Of a DNA stretch of 64,000 bases, positions 58,536-64,000 are shown piece after piece (the stretch's first letter is position 1; every line of letters begins with the position of its first letter). Under the pieces are notes generated by a model. It made no database searches, had not been told where the DNA came from, and saw nothing but the letters and a program-made list of their open reading frames with translations. A program made the position numbers and the translations under genes. Source of the stretch: Candidatus Alkanophaga liquidiphilum (GTDB lineage: Archaea > Halobacteriota > Syntropharchaeia > Alkanophagales > B39-G2); NCBI GenBank assembly GCA_029259535.1, contig JAPHEF010000002.1:11308-75307 (forward strand), written 5' to 3'.

Positions 58536-59132
58536 ATGCCGTTCATAGTTTTTGAGGGCTTGGACGGCTCGGGGTTGACGACGCACGCTTTCGACCTGCA
58601 CAAGTGGTTTGAGGCGAGGGGTTACGAGGTGTATTTGACTAAGGAGCCGACAGACGGCGTATTCGGCGGCTTGATACGGGGGGCGCTCAGAGGGGAGCTA
58701 AAAGTGAATGCGAAGGCATTAGCCCTCCTATTTGCGGCTGACCGTGCGCAGCACACTGAAATCATAAAAAAACTTACAAGCGGCGGCGTCGTGGTGATCT
58801 CCGATAGGTACAAGCTTTCGTCTTACGCTTACCAGTCCATAGAGGTGGATTTGGGCTGGCTGCGTAAGATAAACGAGGGGGCATTGACACCGGACGTGAC
58901 GTTCGTAATAGACGTGCCACCGGCGGTCTGCATGCGCCGCTTACGGAAGGAGCGCTTTCACACTGAGCTTTATGAAGATGCAGAAACGCTTGAAAAGGTT
59001 AGAAAAAATTATCAAAGATTGGCGGAAGAAGAGGAGAACGTCGTCATAATCGACGGGAACCGCCCACAAGACGTGGTGAACAAGGAAATCTTCCAAAAAG
59101 TAAAAGAGTTGGAGCTTTTAGAGGGGCTTTAA
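58536..59132 (+). CDS. tmk: Thymidylate kinase
   Basis: Start at MPFIVFEGLDGSG (P-loop). DRY-like motif (SDRYKLSSYAYQ). LID region. The track ORF from 58455 overlaps the PMT gene end, so the internal start is preferred. Confidence 0.8.
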   Translation: MPFIVFEGLDGSGLTTHAFDLHKWFEARGYEVYLTKEPTDGVFGGLIRGALRGELKVNAKALALLFAADRAQHTEIIKKLTSGGVVVISDRYKLSSYAYQSIEVDLGWLRKINEGALTPDVTFVIDVPPAVCMRRLRKERFHTELYEDAETLEKVRKNYQRLAEEEENVVIIDGNRPQDVVNKEIFQKVKELELLEGL

Positions 59133-59437
59133 ACTTGTCACAAAGCCGCCAAGTGAGTTTTGGACAGCGTTCCAAGAGTATTTAAAGGCAACGAGCGATT
59201 TGGGCGAGGTTCCGAAAGCACGTAACCATGAACGGCGTGATGGGATAAAGATAGCACCCTTTCGGGGGAGCCCACGCCGCCGTAACGCTCAATCATTGGG
59301 ATGGCAGGGCGTGCCCCACCTCTTGAAGCTCGACTTTAGTCTGGAAAAAAGATGTGCAGAACATTGTCATATTTTATATATGTCTAAAACGGTCAATGTT
59401 GCAAAAAACTATTTATATGGGCAACGTTTAAACCCCC

Positions 59438-60898
59438 GTGGGTGGGAAGATGGACATACGGGAGAAAGCGGTGGAAATGCTGAAAAGTGCGGACGTCAAG
59501 AACGTGCATTGCTTCTTCAGCGATGTGCGTGGCGTGCTGATGAGTTTCACGATCCCCGCAAGCGAATTTACCGAGGGCAACGCCTTCGACGGCATCGGCT
59601 TCGACGGCTCCTCCGTCCGAGGCTTCAGGTCCATCGAGGAGAGCGACATGATATGGATGCCTGACCCGACGATGCTGCGAGTGATTCCCTGGGTTGACGA
59701 CCCGATACAGAAGTCGGCGTTCATGTTCGGCGACGTTTACGAGGCGTTCGGTGGCGGCGTTGCCGACTGTGACCCGCGGGGCTACGTCGCAAGGCGTGCC
59801 GTGAAAGAGGCTGAAAGCATGGGTTTCTCTGCGGTCTTCGGTCCTGAGATTGAGTTTTTCGTGTTCGAGCGGCTCGACCCGACGCAACTCATCTACGACC
59901 TTTTCGTCTCGCCTGCCGGTGGTGCGGGCGACTCCTGGGGACCGCCGAGAACAATGCCGAAGTCCCCGGAGCTCGAGCCCGGCGGCTTAATCGTCCGCCC
60001 GAAGGAGGGCTATTTCAGGGCGCCGCCCGAGGACTCGACGAACGAGTATCGGAACGAGCTTTGCTTCTACTTAAAAAAACTCGGCGTCGAGGTCGAATAC
60101 CACCACCACGAAGTCGCAACCGCGGGTCAGGTGGAGCTGAACTACAAGCCGCAGCCGCTCGTGACGTGCGGCGACTTCGCCTACATCTACAAATTCGCCG
60201 CCCGTAATATCGCGAAGAAATACGGCTGGATCGCCACATTCATGCCAAAGCCTCTTTACTTGGACAATGCGTCGGGCATGCACACGCACCAGTCCATCTG
60301 GAAAGGCGGTGAGAACGTGATGTATGACGAGGACGACGAGTATGCTGAGCTTTCGCAGCTCGGGCGCTACTACGTCGGTGGGCTCCTCGAACACGCAAGA
60401 GCGCTAACTGCAGTCTGCTGCCCCACCGTGAACTCATATAAAAGGCTCGTCCCCGGCTTCGAGGCGCCGATTTACATCATGTGGAGCCGCAGGAACCGCT
60501 CGGCGCTTGTAAGAATCCCGGTTTACCACAAAGGGCGAGCGCACGCAAAGGCAAAACGAGCTGAGTATCGAGCGGTAGACCCCTCTTGCAACCCGTATCT
60601 TGCGTTCGCCTGCCAGCTCGCTGCGGGACTCGACGGCATAAAGCACAAGATTGACCCCGGCGACCCTGTTGATGAAGACGTTTACGAGCTGACACCGGAG
60701 CTCCGGCGGAAATACGGAGTGTGGGAGCTGCCGACGACGCTTAGAGAGGCTCTGGACGAGCTGACGACCGACGAAGTCGTTCAGAGAGCGCTCGGCTCAC
60801 ACATCTACGACAAGTTCGTGGAACTGAAGACGGATGAGTGGAACCAATACTGCCTCTACATCACGCCTTGGGAGATTATGAAGTATTTGGATTACTAA
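59438..60898 (+). CDS. glnA: Glutamine synthetase type I
   Basis: 486 aa with GS beta-grasp and catalytic domains (...ATFMPKPLYLDNASGMHTHQSIW, NSYKRLVPGFEAP). The start could be the ATG at 59450. Confidence 0.9.
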   Translation: MGGKMDIREKAVEMLKSADVKNVHCFFSDVRGVLMSFTIPASEFTEGNAFDGIGFDGSSVRGFRSIEESDMIWMPDPTMLRVIPWVDDPIQKSAFMFGDVYEAFGGGVADCDPRGYVARRAVKEAESMGFSAVFGPEIEFFVFERLDPTQLIYDLFVSPAGGAGDSWGPPRTMPKSPELEPGGLIVRPKEGYFRAPPEDSTNEYRNELCFYLKKLGVEVEYHHHEVATAGQVELNYKPQPLVTCGDFAYIYKFAARNIAKKYGWIATFMPKPLYLDNASGMHTHQSIWKGGENVMYDEDDEYAELSQLGRYYVGGLLEHARALTAVCCPTVNSYKRLVPGFEAPIYIMWSRRNRSALVRIPVYHKGRAHAKAKRAEYRAVDPSCNPYLAFACQLAAGLDGIKHKIDPGDPVDEDVYELTPELRRKYGVWELPTTLREALDELTTDEVVQRALGSHIYDKFVELKTDEWNQYCLYITPWEIMKYLDY

Positions 60899-60899
60899 G

Positions 60900-61994
60900 T
60901 TGGGCATGGCGCTGCTCATCTTTGGGGACAGTGTGCGCAATGCCGATATGTATTACCTAACGAGGCTCCTCGCCCCCGACCCTTTTATCTATATACGAGG
61001 TGATGACGGCTCCGAGCTTCTAATCATCTCGCAGATGGAGGTCGAGCGTGCCCGGCAGGAGGCGAAGGTGAAGAACGTCCGTGCGTCGTCGGAATTCGGG
61101 AAGAAGGCTGAGGACGTCATCGCCGCCGCCCTCAAAGAGCTGGGCGTGAGAGCCGTAGAAGTTCCCAAATATTTCCCGCTGTGGCTTGCTGAGGAGCTGC
61201 GGCAGCGAGGCTTCGCCGTCACTCCGAAGTTTGACCACGTCGAAGCCAGAGAGGTGAAAAGCAGGCGTGAAATCTCTTTGATAAGGCAGGCGCAGCGTGC
61301 CTGCGAGGCAGCGATGCAACGCGTTCTTTCCGAAATCGAAAACGCACGAGTTAGGAACGGCGTGCTGGTCAGCGGACGCCGCACCTTAACTTCGGAACGC
61401 CTCAGGACGCTTGTCGCACACACGCTCCTTGATAACGGCTGCTTCGCCCACGACATCATAATCTCTTGCGGCAAGGACTCTGCAAACCCGCATTTCGCCG
61501 GCGCTGGCGCATTAAAGGCTGACGAACCGATAGTTCTGGATTTTGCCCCACAATTGCTCAAGGAACGGTATTTTTCGGACATGACGAGGACCGTCGTGAA
61601 GGTTGAAGGGGGCGTGCCGCTGAAGGTTAAAGAGATGTTCGAAGCAGTGCTTGAGGCGCAGAGAGGCGCTCTTGAGAGAATTAGGGCAGGCGTGCCGTGC
61701 AAGGAGGTTCACGATGCAGTTTGCGATTTTTTCGAAGAATTGGGCTATGGGACGCTCCGCAAGAACGCAAAAACCGGCTTCATACATTCGACGGGACACG
61801 GCGTCGGCATCGCCCTCCACGAGCCGCCCACGCTCGGCGACAACGAATACGTTCTGAAAAAGGGAAACGTCGTGACCGTAGAGCCGGGACTCTACGAGCC
61901 TGAGGTAGGCGGCGTTCGCCTCGAAGACGTCGTGGTCGTGCGGCAGGACGGCTGCGAAAACCTGACGAAGTTCGAAAAACGGCTTGAGCTTTAA
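60900..61994 (+). CDS. M24-family Xaa-Pro aminopeptidase / prolidase
   Basis: 364 aa. Creatinase-like N-domain and M24 pita-bread domain with the metal-ligand pattern (HSTGHGVGIALHE, VVTVEPGLY, LEDVVVV). Confidence 0.85.
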   Translation: MGMALLIFGDSVRNADMYYLTRLLAPDPFIYIRGDDGSELLIISQMEVERARQEAKVKNVRASSEFGKKAEDVIAAALKELGVRAVEVPKYFPLWLAEELRQRGFAVTPKFDHVEAREVKSRREISLIRQAQRACEAAMQRVLSEIENARVRNGVLVSGRRTLTSERLRTLVAHTLLDNGCFAHDIIISCGKDSANPHFAGAGALKADEPIVLDFAPQLLKERYFSDMTRTVVKVEGGVPLKVKEMFEAVLEAQRGALERIRAGVPCKEVHDAVCDFFEELGYGTLRKNAKTGFIHSTGHGVGIALHEPPTLGDNEYVLKKGNVVTVEPGLYEPEVGGVRLEDVVVVRQDGCENLTKFEKRLEL

Positions 61995-62115
61995 GAAGAC
62001 GCAATGAGGATGCCGAAGCCCATGCGAATACGGAGAGGCACGTCCGAACGGCTTCTGTTGAAATTGGTGTTGAGGGGGCGCCCTTTATTAAGTGCGACGC
62101 TCAAGGGTGAGCTCT

Positions 62116-64000
62116 TCATGGCTGAAGCGGGCGCCTCATGCCTCTCGGCTCAGACTCCTTTGAGCCCGCTCCAGAGTCCTCGCCGAAAAATTGTAAAGGG
62201 ATAAACGCATTGATTCCCTTCTCTACCTCCTTGACCTCTTCGTCATCCCCTGCCCTCGTGATGTACCTCCAATCCGCGCGATCCTCGCTTATCAATCCGG
62301 ATTCGTCGAAGAGAGCGACGTACCACGATGCGTTGAACGATAATCTCCACGCCGGGAGCCGCCACCGCAGCGTGAACGTCTTTTCGTAGAGCGGCGGCAG
62401 CCATAGCGATCTGCTTATTATCGGGAGATGCAGCCCGTAATCCGGTAGGTCAAGACGCCACAGGAAACGCACGTCCTGCCATTCGCCCGTCGGGTTCCGC
62501 AGCGTCAAGTTTATGAGCATGATATCGCCGGCGGTGTATTCGTATTTGTCCGTCGAGACCGAGACCGCTGGCGTCGGCGGCGGCAGCACCGTGATGAGCA
62601 CGCTCGTCGAGTTCGTAGCTCCGCCGCCGTCCGTGACGGTGAGCGTCACCGTGTAGCTCCCTGCCGCTGAATACGCATGCGTCACCACCACCCCGGAGGC
62701 GGTCGCCCCGTCCCCGAAGTCCCATTCGTAAGAAACGATAACGCCATCAGGATCGTAAGAGGCGGACGCATCGAATGTTACTGTTTGATTAACCGACGGG
62801 TGTTTCGGTGAGTACGTGAAGCTCGCAACCGGCGGACGAGTCTCTAGCAAGTAATTCTCAAAGGGCTCGACTAGCGGGTAGTAGTCCTTGTCACCATCTA
62901 TGCTGTAGGGCGTATCACCGATTCCATCGCCGTCCGCATCACTTCCCGTATAATCGTCCCAGTAGTTTCCTAAGTAGTTCGTGTATGTCCTGCCTTCGTA
63001 GGTGTATGTCATCTGCGAGGTCGAATTCCAGACGTTCGTTAAATACCAGAAATAAACGCTGTCGGCGTTGTTTATGAAGTTGTTGAGGTATATGACGTTG
63101 CTACTCAAACCCCACAAGCGGATGCCATACCCGTTGTCCGAGAGGGTGTTGCCTGTGATGGTGTTGTTGTTGCTCGAGGCACCCAACTCGATGCCACACC
63201 CGTTGTCCAAGATGGTGTTGCCGGTGATGACGTTGTTGCTCGAACTCTTCAACTGGATGCCATGCATGTTGTTCGAGAGGGTGTTGCCGGTGATGACGTT
63301 GTTGTTGCTCGAAAACCGCAAGTAGATGCCATAATACCCGTTGTCCGAGAGGGTGTTGCCGGTGATGGTGTTACTGCTTGAATCATACAAGTAGATACCA
63401 TACCACTCGTTGTTCGAAACGCTGTTACCTGTGATGACGTTGTTGCTCGAACTCTTCAACTGGATGCCATCATCCCCGTTGTTCGAGACGCTGTTGCCGG
63501 TGATGGTGTTATTGCTCGAACTCTTCAACTTGATGCCATCATCCATGTTGTTCGATACATTATTGTTCTTAATAATATTCTGTGAGGAGAAGCCGATTTC
63601 AATTCCAACGTCCGTGTTTTTAATGATTAAGTTCTCTAAGAGCATTCTTGTGCAATTTGCGAGTATTACCTGTCCTGCATCTTCAGGAACTTTCCCCCCG
63701 TTCCTGTCCTTGAAGTAGTATAACGGCTTCCCGTTGACCGTGTTGTCTTCTATTGTGTGCGTGTTCCAGTGCCTCAGCTCGTCACCCCAAATAACAACGC
63801 CGTCGTTCGTCATCGTGTTGCCGGTGATGGTGTTACTGCTTGAATCATACAAGTAGATACCATACCACTCGTTGTTCGAAACGCTGTTACCTGTGATGAC
63901 GTTGTTGCTCGAACTCTTCAACTGGATGCCATCATCCCCGTTGTTCGAGACGCTGTTGCCGGTGATGGTGTTATTGCTCGAACTCTTCAACTTGATGCCA
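62116..64000 (-). CDS. Cell-surface protein with parallel beta-helix (NosD/pectate-lyase-like) repeats and PKD domain; N-terminus beyond the window
   Basis: More than 624 aa. Tandem 22-aa beta-helix repeats (NNTITGNSVSNNGDDGIQLKSS / SNNVITGNSVSNNEWYGIYLYDSS). C-terminal PKD-like domain (VTFDASASYDPDGVIVSYEWDFGDGATASG). The ORF is open to the window edge. Confidence 0.75.
   Translation of the reverse strand, partial: GIKLKSSSNNTITGNSVSNNGDDGIQLKSSSNNVITGNSVSNNEWYGIYLYDSSSNTITGNTMTNDGVVIWGDELRHWNTHTIEDNTVNGKPLYYFKDRNGGKVPEDAGQVILANCTRMLLENLIIKNTDVGIEIGFSSQNIIKNNNVSNNMDDGIKLKSSSNNTITGNSVSNNGDDGIQLKSSSNNVITGNSVSNNEWYGIYLYDSSSNTITGNTLSDNGYYGIYLRFSSNNNVITGNTLSNNMHGIQLKSSSNNVITGNTILDNGCGIELGASSNNNTITGNTLSDNGYGIRLWGLSSNVIYLNNFINNADSVYFWYLTNVWNSTSQMTYTYEGRTYTNYLGNYWDDYTGSDADGDGIGDTPYSIDGDKDYYPLVEPFENYLLETRPPVASFTYSPKHPSVNQTVTFDASASYDPDGVIVSYEWDFGDGATASGVVVTHAYSAAGSYTVTLTVTDGGGATNSTSVLITVLPPPTPAVSVSTDKYEYTAGDIMLINLTLRNPTGEWQDVRFLWRLDLPDYGLHLPIISRSLWLPPLYEKTFTLRWRLPAWRLSFNASWYVALFDESGLISEDRADWRYITRAGDDEEVKEVEKGINAFIPLQFFGEDSGAGSKESEPRGMRRPLQP
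63353..63538. repeat. 186-bp perfect direct repeat inside the beta-helix gene (second copy 63815-64000)
   Basis: Copies are 462 bp apart, which is 7 x 66-bp beta-helix units. Every base was compared through to the window end. Confidence 0.85.

Noticed and set aside
62004-62204. 66-aa plus-strand ORF after the M24 peptidase gene
   Set aside because: It overlaps the 3' end of the convergent surface-protein gene and has no recognisable features.

Overview
This 64-kb window is an archaeal (euryarchaeal) chromosomal segment of roughly 55-58% GC with several AT-rich islets. The gene content points to an F420/F430-using, MCR-type archaeon, probably methanogen or Methanomicrobia-like: cofG, an FrhB-like F420 subunit fused into an operon with a glutamate-synthase FMN domain, cfbD/cfbE (F430 synthesis), an Ech/Mbh-type group-4 [NiFe] hydrogenase operon, an Fdh-like molybdopterin complex, and archaellins.

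The main blocks, in order:
1. Glutamate synthase domain 2 plus an FrhB-like gene (1068-3774).
2. An IsrB-type (HNH-less IscB) OMEGA element with a structured omega-RNA-like leader (about 3800-5180). It is inserted into, and truncates, a second gltS paralog.
3. A low-GC islet of small ORFs (5880-6900).
4. A GalT/HIT-like gene (7314-8366).
5. A KaiC-like two-domain ATPase, a wHTH regulator and two secreted Big_2/Ig-like surface proteins (8471-13230). These sit immediately upstream of an archaellum operon with three tandem flaB copies, flaC/D/E, F, G and H (13420-17998) that lacks flaI/flaJ.
6. Central metabolism genes: a CoA-binding/ACD-alpha-like gene, argD and a 3-hydroxyacyl-CoA dehydrogenase.
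7. A sulfhydrogenase-beta/gamma-like + molybdopterin + ferredoxin module (22541-26485), followed by an NDH-2-like gene.
8. The Mbh/Ech hydrogenase operon (28718-36022).
9. A conserved rpl18e-rpl13-rps9-rpoN-tRNAPro-rpoK cluster, then cofG, a divergent thermosome-like chaperonin, secDF, a CoA-transferase and rps15.
10. An SSF symporter, an NitT/TauT ABC transporter, cfbD-cfbE, tmk, glnA, an M24 peptidase, and a partial beta-helix/PKD surface protein containing a 186-bp perfect internal repeat.

One striking pattern is at least 8 single-nucleotide frameshifts in otherwise conserved genes (three in the hydrogenase operon, two in the asrA-like gene, plus hicB and possibly flaB1). These could be assembly indel errors or genuine pseudogenisation. 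No CRISPR array or rRNA was found.
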